This document shows positions 29,060 through 40,000 of a stretch of DNA of 54,132 nucleotides, in pieces. Position 1 is the first letter of the stretch; every line of letters starts with the position of its first letter. The DNA comes from Pauljensenia sp. (GTDB lineage: Bacteria; Actinomycetota; Actinomycetes; Actinomycetales; Actinomycetaceae): contig JASBZF010000001.1 of the NCBI GenBank assembly GCA_029983625.1, forward strand, positions 1 through 54,132, read 5' to 3'. The notes below the pieces were generated by a model that was given only the letters and a program-made list of their open reading frames with translations, did not search any database and was not told the DNA's origin. Made by a program: the position numbers and the translations under genes.

Positions 29060-31623
29060 GCGACGCTCCCCAGTTGATTGACGTCACCATCGATGACGTC
29101 CAGGTGAGCGTCCCTGCGGGTACGCTCGTCATCAGAGCCGCAGAGAAAGTGGGAATCCGTATCCCGCGTTTCTGCGATCATCCACTGCTCAAGCCGGTGG
29201 CTGCATGTCGCCAGTGCCTCGTTGAGGTCGGTATGCCTGACCGCAACACCGGTGAGCTGCGTTTTCTGCCGAAGCCGCAACCGGCCTGCGCGCAGACGGT
29301 CACCCCCGGCATGGTGGTGAAGACGCAGTTCACTTCCGAGGTGGCTGAGCGCGCCCAGAAGGGCGTCATGGAGTTCCTTCTCATCAACCATCCTCTTGAC
29401 TGCCCGATCTGCGATAAGGGTGGTGAGTGCCCGCTGCAGAACCAGGCGATGACCGAAGGGCGTGCGACTTCGCGTTTCGCCGATGCCAAGCGCACGTACC
29501 GTAAACCCCTGCGTCTGACCAGCCAGATTCTCCTGGACCGTGATCGCTGTATCCTGTGTCAGCGCTGCGTGCGTTTCGGTAAGGAAATCTCCGGTGATGT
29601 CTTCATTGATCTTCAGGGTCGTGGCGGCGGTACCGCGCCGACGGACGATCACTATTTCATGGCGGAGCAGATCGGTGGCTTTGACACTTCGACTCTCGGC
29701 TATCACGATCCGAAGGCAAAAGACCTGGGCACAGCGGGCATTTGCGGTCCTTACGGTGAGGCCGGGATTATTGGTTCGGTGAACGAGGGCGAGTTAGGGC
29801 CTGTGGATCTGGATCAGTCGGGTCGAGCTTTTGCCTCGTATTTCTCGGGCAACATCGTCCAGATCTGCCCGGTGGGCGCGCTCACTGCCTCTTCGTATCG
29901 TTTCCGTGCTCGTCCTTTCGACCTCGTATCGACCGACTCTGTCACCGAGCATGACGCTTCGGGTTCTGCGATCCGCGTTGATATCCGTCGAGGTGAGGTT
30001 GTGCGTCGGATGGCGGGTAACGATCCGGAAGTGAATGAGGAGTGGATCACCGATAAAGATCGCTTCGCTTTCACTTGGGACAGGGAATCGCGTCTTCGCA
30101 CGCCGCTGGTTCGCGTTGATGGTGAACTTGTGCCGACCTCCTGGTCGGATGCTCTTGACCGGGTTCGCGCCGGTCTTCAGGAGGCTTCGGGTGAGGTCGG
30201 TTTCCTCCCCGGTGGACGCCTCTCCTTCGAGGATGCTTGGGCTTGGGGTAAGTTCGCTCGAAGCGTTGTCGGCTCAGACTCCATTGACTTCCGTTCGCGT
30301 CCTGTTTCTCAGGAGGAGCGTTCTTTCCTCGCTGCCCGTGTTGCGGGTTCTGGTTTAGGAGTCACCTATTCCGATGTCGAGAAGGCCGGTCATGTCCTTC
30401 TCGTTGCCTTTGAACCTGAAGATGAGCTCGGTGCGCTTTTCTTGCGTCTGCGTAAGGGAGTGCGTGCCGGGACTGTCACGGTATCGACGATTTCTCCCTT
30501 CACTTCTCGTGGTTGTGCCAAGCTTTCAGCGCAGCTCCTGCGGGCCGCGCCGGGCACCGAAGCTGAGGTTGTCGCTTCGATTTGTGCCGAGGGCGCAAAT
30601 GCAGAGCTTGCCTCTTCGCTGACGGGGGGCATCATCCTCGTCGGTGAGCGCGCTGCGGCTGCTCCGGGCCTTCTGAGCGCTGTTGTTGCGCTGGCAGAGC
30701 GCACGGGTGCGCGGCTTCAGTGGGTTCCGCGTCGCGCCGGTGATCGCGGTGCCCTTGAAGCGGGTCTGCTACCCGGACTCCTTCCTTTCGGTCGTCCGCT
30801 TTCTGAGGAGTCGGCTCGCGCGTCTCTTGGCTGGAAGAAACTGCCGACGACTCGTGGGCGCGATGTGAATGAACAGCTTGCAGGTGCCCTGGATGGCAGT
30901 GTTGGTGCTCTGGTCGTGGGCGGTGTTGATCTACGCGACTTTGAAGATCCAGCTGGCGCTCTTCGTGCTTTGGAAGCTGTTCCTTTCCTCGTTTCTGTCG
31001 AGGTGTGTTCTTCCGATGTCACCGAACTGGCCGATGTTGTCCTTCCCGTTGCGCCGCCGCTGGAAAAGAACGGCACTTTCATTAACTGGGAAGGTCGCCT
31101 CCGTCCTTTCGGCCAGGCTGTGTCCGCGCGTTCACTCACCGATCGCGATGTTTTCGCTCAGCTTGCTCAGGAGTTCGGTGTTGACTTAGGTGTTGGAACC
31201 TTAACGGACCTGTATGACGAGGTGAATCCGCTCATCACCTGGAGCGGTGTGCGTGAAACCTTTGCTGCATGTGCTGCTCCAGCACCAACCCCGGTCGGGG
31301 AGGGGCAGGCAATCCTTGCGACGCACAAACTCATGCTCGATGCGGGACGTCTCCAAAACGCTGCTCCTTGGCTTTCCGATGCTGCGCGCAGGCCGGTCGC
31401 CCTCGTTTCAGCCGCTACTCTCGAAGCGCTGGGCTTAGCTTCCGGCGCTGAACTGGTTCTCGCTACCGAACGCGGCACACTCACACTGCCCGCGCAGATC
31501 GCGGATCTGCCTGAGCGTGTTGTGTGGGTCCCCGAATGTTCGCGTGGTTCCCTCGTCCATCAGTCACTGGGTACCGCCGGTACCGTCGTGACTCTCAGCG
31601 CTACAGGGGAGGTGGCCCGGTGA
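29056..31623 (+). CDS. nuoG: NADH-quinone oxidoreductase subunit G
   Basis: IPRFCDH, CRQC, HPLDCPICDKGGEC, CILCQRC, ICPVGAL. Confidence 0.96.
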   Translation: MSDAPQLIDVTIDDVQVSVPAGTLVIRAAEKVGIRIPRFCDHPLLKPVAACRQCLVEVGMPDRNTGELRFLPKPQPACAQTVTPGMVVKTQFTSEVAERAQKGVMEFLLINHPLDCPICDKGGECPLQNQAMTEGRATSRFADAKRTYRKPLRLTSQILLDRDRCILCQRCVRFGKEISGDVFIDLQGRGGGTAPTDDHYFMAEQIGGFDTSTLGYHDPKAKDLGTAGICGPYGEAGIIGSVNEGELGPVDLDQSGRAFASYFSGNIVQICPVGALTASSYRFRARPFDLVSTDSVTEHDASGSAIRVDIRRGEVVRRMAGNDPEVNEEWITDKDRFAFTWDRESRLRTPLVRVDGELVPTSWSDALDRVRAGLQEASGEVGFLPGGRLSFEDAWAWGKFARSVVGSDSIDFRSRPVSQEERSFLAARVAGSGLGVTYSDVEKAGHVLLVAFEPEDELGALFLRLRKGVRAGTVTVSTISPFTSRGCAKLSAQLLRAAPGTEAEVVASICAEGANAELASSLTGGIILVGERAAAAPGLLSAVVALAERTGARLQWVPRRAGDRGALEAGLLPGLLPFGRPLSEESARASLGWKKLPTTRGRDVNEQLAGALDGSVGALVVGGVDLRDFEDPAGALRALEAVPFLVSVEVCSSDVTELADVVLPVAPPLEKNGTFINWEGRLRPFGQAVSARSLTDRDVFAQLAQEFGVDLGVGTLTDLYDEVNPLITWSGVRETFAACAAPAPTPVGEGQAILATHKLMLDAGRLQNAAPWLSDAARRPVALVSAATLEALGLASGAELVLATERGTLTLPAQIADLPERVVWVPECSRGSLVHQSLGTAGTVVTLSATGEVAR

Positions 31624-32930
31624 ATCTTCTGCTTGCCGCGGTGCCCGATTACACCGCTTCTGACTTCTCCGAGGAAACGTGGTGGCTGACGCTCATCAAA
31701 GCGGTGTTCATCATCGTTTTCCTCATCCTGAACGTTCTGCTTGCCCTGTGGGTGGAACGTCGAGGTCTTGGTCGTATGCAGACCCGTCCCGGTCCGAATG
31801 TTGCCGGTCCTTTGGGGCTCCTCCAGGCGATCGCTGACGCGGGCAAGCTGCTCTTTAAAGAGGACATGTGGACGAGGCGCTCCGATAAGTTCCTCTACTT
31901 CCTCGCACCCGCAATCGCAGCTTTCTCTGCTTTCAGCGTGTTCGCGGTCATCCCCTTGGGGCCGAACGTGAACCTTTTTGGACATTCAAGTCCCCTTCAG
32001 CTGGCGGACATGCCGGTCGCAACGCTGTACATCCTTGCGATTACCTCGCTCGGCCTGTATGGCGTGGTCCTGGGAGGCTGGTCTACGCGCTCGACTCTTC
32101 CGCTTTATGGTGCGGTTCGTTCCTCCGCTCAGGTGATCTCTTACGAACTCGCAATGGGGATGGCGCTCGTTTCGGTATTCCTCATGTCGGGAACCATGTC
32201 CACTTCACAGATCGTTGCCGCTCAGGGGCAGATCTGGTGGGTGGTTCCGCTGATTCCCGCCTTCGTGGTGTACTGCATCAGCGCGACGGGTGAGGTGAAC
32301 CGTCTTCCCTTCGATTTGCCAGAAGCCGAGGGCGAGCTCGTCGCCGGTCACATGACCGAATACTCTTCGATGAAGTTTGGCTGGTACTACCTGTCCGAGT
32401 ACGTCAATATGCTGAACGTCTCGGCAGTTGCGACAACAATGTTCCTCGGTGGGTGGCACGCGCCCTGGCCTTTCTCTCACATCACCTTCCTGAACGATGG
32501 GTGGTGGGGCATCCTGTGGTTCTTCCTCAAGATGTGGTTCTTCATGTTCCTCCTCATCTGGACTCGCGCTACGCTCTTGCGTTTCCGCTACGACCAGTTC
32601 ATGTCGCTCGGATGGAAGTGGCTGATGCCGATCGCGCTGGCGTGGATTGTTGCCGTCGCCGTCATCCGTGGCATCACGGCATGGGTTGAGGTGTCTTTGC
32701 CGATTCTTGGTTGTGTGATCGTGGCCGTCTTTGCCCTGATGATGCTCGTCATGTGGATTGGTGACAAGCGCGTCGCAGAGTCTGAAACATCCCCAGCGGA
32801 TGAGGAGTACACCGGCTTCGCCGATGGCTTCCCCGTTCCGCCTTTGCCAGGCCAGCAGCCCGTTACTTCGCTGCGAGCACCCCGAGCACCGATCGACGCG
32901 ACCGCCTCGAAGGAGGGAAGCGATGAGTAA
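31620..32930 (+). CDS. nuoH: NADH-quinone oxidoreductase subunit H
   Basis: [39 protein letters not shown] overlapping the nuoG stop. Confidence 0.96.
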   Translation: MNLLLAAVPDYTASDFSEETWWLTLIKAVFIIVFLILNVLLALWVERRGLGRMQTRPGPNVAGPLGLLQAIADAGKLLFKEDMWTRRSDKFLYFLAPAIAAFSAFSVFAVIPLGPNVNLFGHSSPLQLADMPVATLYILAITSLGLYGVVLGGWSTRSTLPLYGAVRSSAQVISYELAMGMALVSVFLMSGTMSTSQIVAAQGQIWWVVPLIPAFVVYCISATGEVNRLPFDLPEAEGELVAGHMTEYSSMKFGWYYLSEYVNMLNVSAVATTMFLGGWHAPWPFSHITFLNDGWWGILWFFLKMWFFMFLLIWTRATLLRFRYDQFMSLGWKWLMPIALAWIVAVAVIRGITAWVEVSLPILGCVIVAVFALMMLVMWIGDKRVAESETSPADEEYTGFADGFPVPPLPGQQPVTSLRAPRAPIDATASKEGSDE

Positions 32931-33585
32931 GAAGTCCCCCGATAAGGACGCTCCGATGCGTTTTGAACACGACCCGAAGGGCCCGATCGCGGAGTTCTTT
33001 GCTCCCGTTGCCGGTTACGGCATCACGATCTCCTCTTTCTTCCGGCCCACGGTTACCGAGCAATACCCGCGTGAACCTGCCCGTGTTCAGCCTAGGTTCC
33101 ACGGTCGCCACCAGCTGAACCGTTATGCGGACGGTCTGGAAAAATGCATTGGGTGCGAGCTGTGCGCCTGGGCTTGCCCTGCTGACGCAATCCTCGTCGA
33201 GGCCGCTTCGAATACTCCCGAGGCACAGTATTCACCCGGTGAACGTTTCGGAAATGTCTACCAGATCAACTATCTGCGCTGCATTTTCTGCGGAATGTGC
33301 ATCGAAGCGTGTCCGACCCGCGCCCTGACGATGAGCAACGACTTTGAACTTGCCGTTTATGATCGCGCTTCGGATATTTATGAGAAGCAAGATCTGCTCG
33401 TCCCGCTGAGCGAAGGGATGTTGGCTCCACCGCATCCGATGGTGGAGGGCCTGTCCGATGGTGATTACTATCGCGGCGAGGTCACTGCTTCGACCCGCGA
33501 ACAAATCGAATGGGTCAAAGAGCACAGGCCCGAAGACCCGAGCTTGGCCTGCGCTGAATCCGCCCTCAAGGAGGTGGGTCGATGA
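32923..33585 (+). CDS. nuoI: NADH-quinone oxidoreductase subunit I
   Basis: [12 protein letters not shown] and [18 protein letters not shown] before ATG 32923. Confidence 0.97.
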   Translation: MSKKSPDKDAPMRFEHDPKGPIAEFFAPVAGYGITISSFFRPTVTEQYPREPARVQPRFHGRHQLNRYADGLEKCIGCELCAWACPADAILVEAASNTPEAQYSPGERFGNVYQINYLRCIFCGMCIEACPTRALTMSNDFELAVYDRASDIYEKQDLLVPLSEGMLAPPHPMVEGLSDGDYYRGEVTASTREQIEWVKEHRPEDPSLACAESALKEVGR

Positions 33586-34568
33586 ATCTGTTGAGCACCT
33601 GGCCGCCAATGGCCTCGACGGGCGAAGCGGTACTCTTCACGTGTACGGCAATCGCCATGATTGCATGTGCCCTCGGAGTCCTTTTCTTTAAGAAGGCTGC
33701 GTACTCGGCGATCTGTATGGTCGGCGTCATGCTCGGACTTGCGGTCCTCTACCTCACACAGTCCGCCCCCTTCCTTGGTGTCGTCCAAATCGTCGTCTAC
33801 ACGGGCGCGATCATGATGCTTTTCCTCTTCGTCATCATGATGATCGGTATCGGTGCCACCGATGATTACGCGACACAATCACGCGGCACAATTGTTGCTG
33901 CCGTCCTCGCAGGTTGTGGTCTTTTCATCATCCTCGCTGCAGCCGTCGGTCATACGGCGTTCTCCGGGGCTTCGGTGCTCGCCGGACTCACTGCGGCAGC
34001 ACAGGTTGATCCCTATTCTGATGAACCGATTACTGCCCTCGCTGAAACTCTTTTTGCTGAGCACTGGTTGACGATGGAAATCTCTGGCGCACTGCTCATC
34101 ACGGCGGCTATTGGCGCGATGCTCCTGACTCATACGGATCGTCTCGGACCGAAGGCCACCCAGGCGGAGACCGCCAAAGCTAAGATGCGTGCCTTCGCGC
34201 AGTCGGGGCGTCGTATCGGCCAGCTTCCCGCTCCGGGTGTGTACGCGCACTCGAACGCGGCGGATGTTCCCGCGATCTCGGGTGAAACCCTTACCCCGGT
34301 CGCTGAATCCGTGCCCCGTGTGATTCGCGCCCGAGGGATGGAGCGTTCTCTCGATCAGGTTGATTCCGAAGTCGCTCAGTCGCTTCTGCTCGCGCGCAGC
34401 GGCGATGTCATCGACTCTCCCTTTGCACCAGAGGCTTCTGCGGCCGTCCCGCGTTCGGGATCTTGGGGAATGCCCGGTCCGGCTGCTCCGACCGGCCTCG
34501 ATCAGCCGCTTGCGCCCGTCATCGACGAGGCCGAGGGCCTTGCGACCATCCAGGAGGAGGAGAAGTGA
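33582..34568 (+). CDS. nuoJ: NADH-quinone oxidoreductase subunit J with long C-terminal tail
   Basis: [18 protein letters not shown]; five TM helices. Confidence 0.94.
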   Translation: MNLLSTWPPMASTGEAVLFTCTAIAMIACALGVLFFKKAAYSAICMVGVMLGLAVLYLTQSAPFLGVVQIVVYTGAIMMLFLFVIMMIGIGATDDYATQSRGTIVAAVLAGCGLFIILAAAVGHTAFSGASVLAGLTAAAQVDPYSDEPITALAETLFAEHWLTMEISGALLITAAIGAMLLTHTDRLGPKATQAETAKAKMRAFAQSGRRIGQLPAPGVYAHSNAADVPAISGETLTPVAESVPRVIRARGMERSLDQVDSEVAQSLLLARSGDVIDSPFAPEASAAVPRSGSWGMPGPAAPTGLDQPLAPVIDEAEGLATIQEEEK

Positions 34569-34864
34569 GTCTGTCCTGGTACATCATCCTCGCGGGGATA
34601 CTCTTCGTGATCGGTGCCATCACTGTTCTTGTGCGCCGCTCAGCGATTATTTCGCTTATGGGCGTTGAACTCATGCTGAACTCCGCGAACCTCGTGTTCG
34701 TGACTTTCGCGAGGATCCTCGGCGATGTGAACGGTGAAATCATGGCTTTTTTCGTCATGATCGTTGCCGCTGCTGAAGTGGTCGTCGGCCTGGCGATTAT
34801 TGTGTCCATCTTTAAGTCGCGCTCCACTACGAGCGTTGACGACGTTAACCTGCTCAAGCACTGA
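34565..34864 (+). CDS. nuoK: NADH-quinone oxidoreductase subunit K
   Basis: [25 protein letters not shown]. Confidence 0.96.
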   Translation: MSLSWYIILAGILFVIGAITVLVRRSAIISLMGVELMLNSANLVFVTFARILGDVNGEIMAFFVMIVAAAEVVVGLAIIVSIFKSRSTTSVDDVNLLKH

Positions 34865-34877
34865 GGGAGGAAGAAGA

Positions 34878-36863
34878 ATGTTCGCATCCCTCGCACTGCT
34901 CGGAGCCGAAGGCTCCGCCGCCGTCGAACCCGTTACAGCGACGGGCGCCGCATCGTGGGCGTGGCTCATGATCGCCGTACCCTTTGCTTCATTCCTTGTT
35001 CTGATCCTTTTGGGACGTCGCTCGGATCGCTGGGGTCATCTCCTTGCGACCTGCGCTTCCTGGTTTTCTTTTGTTCTGGCCGCCGTTATCGTCGCTCAGC
35101 TGCTCGGGACAGATGAGGCATCCCGTCGGATGACCGCAACACTGTTCTCCTGGATCCCCGCAGGCGATTTCAGGATCGACTTTGGAACACTCGTTGATCC
35201 ACTGTCGATGACTTTCGTGGTCCTTGTGACTTTTGTTGGTTCACTCATCCACGTGTACGCCATCGCTTACATGGAGCACGACACTGACCGTAGGCGCTTC
35301 TTCGCTTACCTCAATCTCTTTATCGCCGCGATGCTCACCCTCGTCCTCGCGGACTCCTACGCCGTGCTTTTCGTCGGCTGGGAAGGTGTGGGCCTGGCTT
35401 CTTACCTCCTCATCGGATTCTGGAACCAGGTCCCCGCTAACGCCTCTGCGGCGAACAAGGCGTTCATCATGAACCGTGTCGGCGACATGGGCATGTTGGC
35501 CGCGATGATGACGATGGTCGCGAACTTTAATTCGGTGCGTTTCGTGGACGTGAATGCCGAAGTCGCTACGATCCCGACCGCTCAAGCAACCCTGATCGGT
35601 CTTTTCCTTCTCGTGGCTGCCTGCGGTAAGTCAGCACAATTCCCGTTGCAAGCCTGGCTTGGCGACGCAATGGCTGGTCCGACCCCGGTGTCAGCGCTGA
35701 TCCACGCGGCAACGATGGTCACTGCGGGTGTCTACCTTGTCGTCCGTTCGGGAGCCGTGTATGTGGCGGCTCCGGCAGCGGCAACGGCTGTTGCAATTAT
35801 TGGCGCGATCACGCTTCTTTTCGGTGCGATTGTGGGTTCCGCAAAAGACGATATGAAGAAGGTGCTCGCGGCTTCGACAATGTCGCAGATCGGCTACATG
35901 ATGCTCGGTGCGGGTCTTGGTCCGATTGGCTGGGCTTTCGCGATCTTCCACCTCTTCACGCACGGCTTCTTCAAAGCTCTTATGTTCCTCGGCGCCGGTT
36001 CGGTGATGCACGGCATGGCAGATCAGGTGAACATGCGTCGCTTCGGCGCGCTGCGGACCGCTATGAAGATCACCTGGCTGACCTTCATGATGGGCTGGCT
36101 TGCGATCCTCGGTGTTCCGCCTTTCTCCGGCTTCTGGTCAAAGGACAAGATCATCGAAGCGGCTTTTGCGGCGCATACTTTCGGTGCTGCTGACGCCCCC
36201 TGGATGGGCTGGGTTCTTGGCTGCGTCGCCCTCTTCGGTGCGGGCTTAACTGCCTTCTACATGTCGCGTCTGTTCTTCATGACTTTCCATGGGAGTGCTC
36301 GCTGGACCACTGAAGCTGAGGGTGTGCCCGTTCATCCGCACGAGTCTGGGCCGCTGATGACTATTCCGATGATTATTCTTGCCTTCGGCGCGATCCTCAT
36401 CGGTGGGCTTATGTCAATCGGTGATTTCTTCACCCACTGGCTCGCCCCGGCGATCGGCGGTGTTGAGCACGCAGAACCGGTCCTGCCTGTCCTAGTCATT
36501 CAGCTTGCAACCCTCGTCCTCGTTCTTCTTGGTGCATGGATCGCTTGGCGAGCCTACGGCGCGGCTGAAGTATCGAAGGCGGTGCCTGCGGGTAACGCTT
36601 TGACTGAGGCTGCTCGTAAGGATCTGTATCAGGACGAAGTGAACGAAACACTGTTCATCGCTCCGGCCACCGCCCTCGCAAGGGGAGCAACACTGGGCGA
36701 TACGAAGATCGTTGATGGAATCATTGCTGGAGTTGCGAAGGGTTCTTCGGCGTTGGGCAAGCTCATTGGAGCGACCCAAAATGGCTACGTGAGGACCTAC
36801 GCGGCCTACATCCTCGGGGGTGTGCTTTTCGCCCTCGCCATCGTGCTTGGCTACAGGCTGTGA
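34878..36863 (+). CDS. nuoL: NADH-quinone oxidoreductase subunit L
   Basis: GWEGVG, GKSAQFPL, AMAGPTPVSALIHAATMV, HGFFKALMF. Confidence 0.97.
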   Translation: MFASLALLGAEGSAAVEPVTATGAASWAWLMIAVPFASFLVLILLGRRSDRWGHLLATCASWFSFVLAAVIVAQLLGTDEASRRMTATLFSWIPAGDFRIDFGTLVDPLSMTFVVLVTFVGSLIHVYAIAYMEHDTDRRRFFAYLNLFIAAMLTLVLADSYAVLFVGWEGVGLASYLLIGFWNQVPANASAANKAFIMNRVGDMGMLAAMMTMVANFNSVRFVDVNAEVATIPTAQATLIGLFLLVAACGKSAQFPLQAWLGDAMAGPTPVSALIHAATMVTAGVYLVVRSGAVYVAAPAAATAVAIIGAITLLFGAIVGSAKDDMKKVLAASTMSQIGYMMLGAGLGPIGWAFAIFHLFTHGFFKALMFLGAGSVMHGMADQVNMRRFGALRTAMKITWLTFMMGWLAILGVPPFSGFWSKDKIIEAAFAAHTFGAADAPWMGWVLGCVALFGAGLTAFYMSRLFFMTFHGSARWTTEAEGVPVHPHESGPLMTIPMIILAFGAILIGGLMSIGDFFTHWLAPAIGGVEHAEPVLPVLVIQLATLVLVLLGAWIAWRAYGAAEVSKAVPAGNALTEAARKDLYQDEVNETLFIAPATALARGATLGDTKIVDGIIAGVAKGSSALGKLIGATQNGYVRTYAAYILGGVLFALAIVLGYRL

Positions 36864-36875
36864 GGGAGTTCGATT

Positions 36876-38438
36876 ATGCATAACACACTCGTTGAACCGG
36901 CCTTCCCCTGGCTGACCCTCCTCGTGGTCCTCCCAGCCCTCGGAGCGCTTCTCCTGTGGGTGATCCCCGGTTTGCGCACCTCGTCCGGTAAGGGTTTCGC
37001 CCTCGCTGTTGCGCTTGTGGAACTAGGTGGCGTGATCGCAGCGGCCCTGAGCTTCGACTGGTCTGACCCGGCCACCTATCAGCTGATGGAGTCCTTCTCC
37101 TGGATCCCTCAGATCGGTGTCTCCTGGTCCTTAGGTGTGAACGCCCTCGGCCTTGTGATGATTCTCTTGGCTCTGGCGCTCGTCCCGCTTGTCCTCATTG
37201 CAGGGTGGAAGGATGACGAGAAGGAGTCCACTGCCGCTTCCTATGCGGGTCTGATTCTTTTCCTTGAATCTTTCATGGTCCTCATTTTCGCGGCCTACGA
37301 TCTCGTCGTCTTCTACATCGCATTTGAAGCGATGCTCATTCCGTTGTTCCTCATGATCGGACGCTACGGTGTCGGTGAAGAAACTGCGCGGCGTGCTGCA
37401 GCAATGAAGTTCCTCCTCTTCTCGCTTGCGGGAGGACTCGTCATGCTCGGTGGCATTGTTGCTCTGTGGGCTTTTGCTTCCTCCGAACCTTCTGCTGCTT
37501 TCTTCCGTCTCGACATGCTGGCGGACATTGCGCCGGAGCTTCCCGCCACGCTTCAGATGGGCGTGTTCGTGACCTTTATGGTGGCCTTTGCGATTAAAGC
37601 CCCGATGGTGCCTCTTCACACGTGGCTGCCTGATACGGCTGCGAATGCGCGACCGGGCACTTCGGTGCTTCTCGTCGGCGTCCTCGATAAGATCGGTACC
37701 TTCGGGATGATTACTCTGTGTTTGCGTCTCTTCCCGGATGCAGCCGCTCAGTCGGCGATGGTGATGTGTGCGCTTGCAGTTGTGTCAATTCTTTGGGGCG
37801 GTTTGTCCGCAAACGGCCAGGACGACATCATGCGTCTTGTGTCCTACACCTCGGTGTCGCACTTTGGTTTCATGGTTCTTGGTATTTTCATTGGTTCCGA
37901 GATCGCTCTTGTCGGTGCGATGTTCTACATGGTGGCCCACGGTATTTCGATTGCTGCGATGTTCCTCCTGTCGGGTTGGTTGGCGCAGCGCGGAAAAACG
38001 CAGGACATGCGCAGGTATTCAGGTATGCAGCGCGTCACCCCGTATCTGGCGGGCCTGTGGCTCACTGCGGGTCTTGCTTCGATCGCCCTGCCGGGCCTGT
38101 CGGGTTTTGTTCCTGAATACCTTGTTCTCATGGGCACCTGGAAACAGAGTGTTCTGCTCGGCGCACTCGCCCTCTTCGGTGTAGTGATCGCCGCCGTGTA
38201 CGTGATGCGCCCCTACAAGCGTGTCTTTACCGGAGGTCCGGCGCAGGGCACAGCTGAGCTGTCTGATCTTGGCCCGCGCGAGCGTTTCGTCATGGCTCCG
38301 CTCGTTGTCGCTATGCTCCTCCTCGGTATCTGGGCGGCACCTCTGGTGAATGTGTTGACTCCGATCTCCGCTGACTTCGCCCTCGGCGCCTCCGCTCCCG
38401 CTCAGGCGCAGATCCTCATCGAAGGGAGCACCAAGTGA
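36876..38438 (+). CDS. nuoM: NADH-quinone oxidoreductase subunit M
   Basis: AFAIKAPMVPLHTWLP, YTSVSHFGF, LPGLSGFVPE. Confidence 0.96.
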   Translation: MHNTLVEPAFPWLTLLVVLPALGALLLWVIPGLRTSSGKGFALAVALVELGGVIAAALSFDWSDPATYQLMESFSWIPQIGVSWSLGVNALGLVMILLALALVPLVLIAGWKDDEKESTAASYAGLILFLESFMVLIFAAYDLVVFYIAFEAMLIPLFLMIGRYGVGEETARRAAAMKFLLFSLAGGLVMLGGIVALWAFASSEPSAAFFRLDMLADIAPELPATLQMGVFVTFMVAFAIKAPMVPLHTWLPDTAANARPGTSVLLVGVLDKIGTFGMITLCLRLFPDAAAQSAMVMCALAVVSILWGGLSANGQDDIMRLVSYTSVSHFGFMVLGIFIGSEIALVGAMFYMVAHGISIAAMFLLSGWLAQRGKTQDMRRYSGMQRVTPYLAGLWLTAGLASIALPGLSGFVPEYLVLMGTWKQSVLLGALALFGVVIAAVYVMRPYKRVFTGGPAQGTAELSDLGPRERFVMAPLVVAMLLLGIWAAPLVNVLTPISADFALGASAPAQAQILIEGSTK

Positions 38439-40000
38439 ATCTCCTCGCTGCATCCTTTAGCGCACCGCAGATCGAATGGGCCTCGCTGATCCCGATCATT
38501 GTCGTGCTCGGCGGTGCCGTCGTGGGAATCCTGATTGAGGCATTCGCACCGGTTAAGGCAAGACGCATCCTCGTCATTGCCGTCTGTCTTCTCACTACCC
38601 TGATCGCTGGCGCGGTTCTGGCGACCCGTTGGCTTGCCGTCCAGGGAGCTCCTTCAACTCTTGGGGAGTACATCGAAGATCCTCTGACGCTGGCCGCGCA
38701 GTTCATCCTTGTTCTCATTGCGTTCCTTGCCCTCCTTGTCATGGCTGATCGCACTGAGATCGGTGATGGTGTGTTCGCCGCTCAGCCTTCGGATCGTCCG
38801 GGTTCTGCAGATGAAGAACTTTCGGATACGAAGGGGTACCAGCGCTCTGAAATGTTCCCGCTGACTCTTTTCAGTGTTGCGGGCATGATGCTTTTCCCGG
38901 CGGCAGATTCTTATGTGATGCTTTTCATCGCCCTGGAAGTGATGTCGCTTCCGTTGTACATTCTGGCTGCGACTGCGCGCCGTAGGCGTCAGCTCAGCCA
39001 GGAAGCGGCACTGAAGTACTTCATCCTCGGTGCTTTCGCCTCCGGTTTCCTTCTCATGGGATCGGCGTTCCTGTACGGAGTGTCCGGTTCCTTGACGATC
39101 TCTGACGCAGCTTCGATCCTGCCGAATAAGTCTGGAATGGATTGGATAGCTCTAACGGGTGTCGTCATGGTGATGGTTGGCCTCCTGTTCAAGGTGGGTG
39201 CAGCTCCCTTCCATTCGTGGACTCCAGATGTGTACACGGGTGCCCCGACTTCGGTAACGGGCTTCATGGCAGCAGGCGTGAAAGTTGCGGCTTTCGCTGC
39301 GATGCTCCGCTTCTATGAGTCGGTCGCAGCGATCCTCCAGTGGGATCTCTTGCCTGTGCTTTTTGCTGTCGCAATTTTGACGATGCTCGTCGGTACTTTC
39401 ACAGGTATCGTCCAGTCCGATGTCAAACGGATGCTGGCTTTTTCTTCGATCGCTCACGCGAGTTTCATCCTCATCGGGGTTTTCTCCCTCACGAAGGGTG
39501 CGACAGGGCACGTCCTCTTCTATCTCCTCGCTTACGGCCTCGCTACGGTCGGCGCTTTCGCGGTGGTGTCACTTGTCCGCACAACTTCCGAGGACGGGCT
39601 GCCTGCAGCTGAGGCGACGGCTTTATCAGGCTGGGCTGGTTTGGGTAAGAAGAGCCCGCTGCTTGCTGCGGCGATGCTTATTTTCCTCCTGTCTTTTGCG
39701 GGTATTCCGCTTACGGCGGGCTTTGTGGGGAAGTTCGTGGTCTTCGCAGATGGTTTCGCTGGCGGCATGACCTGGCTCGTTGTGTTGGCTCTTGCCTGTT
39801 CGGCTGTGACGGCGTTCTACTACTTCCGTCTTGTCCGCCTCATGTTCTTCACCGATCCTGCTGAAAATACGCTTGTGGTGAGGTCTGAGGGCTTTGCTGG
39901 GCTTGTGGTTGTGGTGTGCGCGTTGGGTACCCTGCTTCTCGGGATCTTCCCTGCTCCGGTTTTGTCGATCCTTTCTCAGGTCGTCATACTGCTACCGTGA
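38435..40000 (+). CDS. nuoN: NADH-quinone oxidoreductase subunit N
   Basis: EAALKYFILG, FKVGAAPFHSWTPDVY, KRMLAFSSIAH. Confidence 0.96.
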   Translation: MNLLAASFSAPQIEWASLIPIIVVLGGAVVGILIEAFAPVKARRILVIAVCLLTTLIAGAVLATRWLAVQGAPSTLGEYIEDPLTLAAQFILVLIAFLALLVMADRTEIGDGVFAAQPSDRPGSADEELSDTKGYQRSEMFPLTLFSVAGMMLFPAADSYVMLFIALEVMSLPLYILAATARRRRQLSQEAALKYFILGAFASGFLLMGSAFLYGVSGSLTISDAASILPNKSGMDWIALTGVVMVMVGLLFKVGAAPFHSWTPDVYTGAPTSVTGFMAAGVKVAAFAAMLRFYESVAAILQWDLLPVLFAVAILTMLVGTFTGIVQSDVKRMLAFSSIAHASFILIGVFSLTKGATGHVLFYLLAYGLATVGAFAVVSLVRTTSEDGLPAAEATALSGWAGLGKKSPLLAAAMLIFLLSFAGIPLTAGFVGKFVVFADGFAGGMTWLVVLALACSAVTAFYYFRLVRLMFFTDPAENTLVVRSEGFAGLVVVVCALGTLLLGIFPAPVLSILSQVVILLP

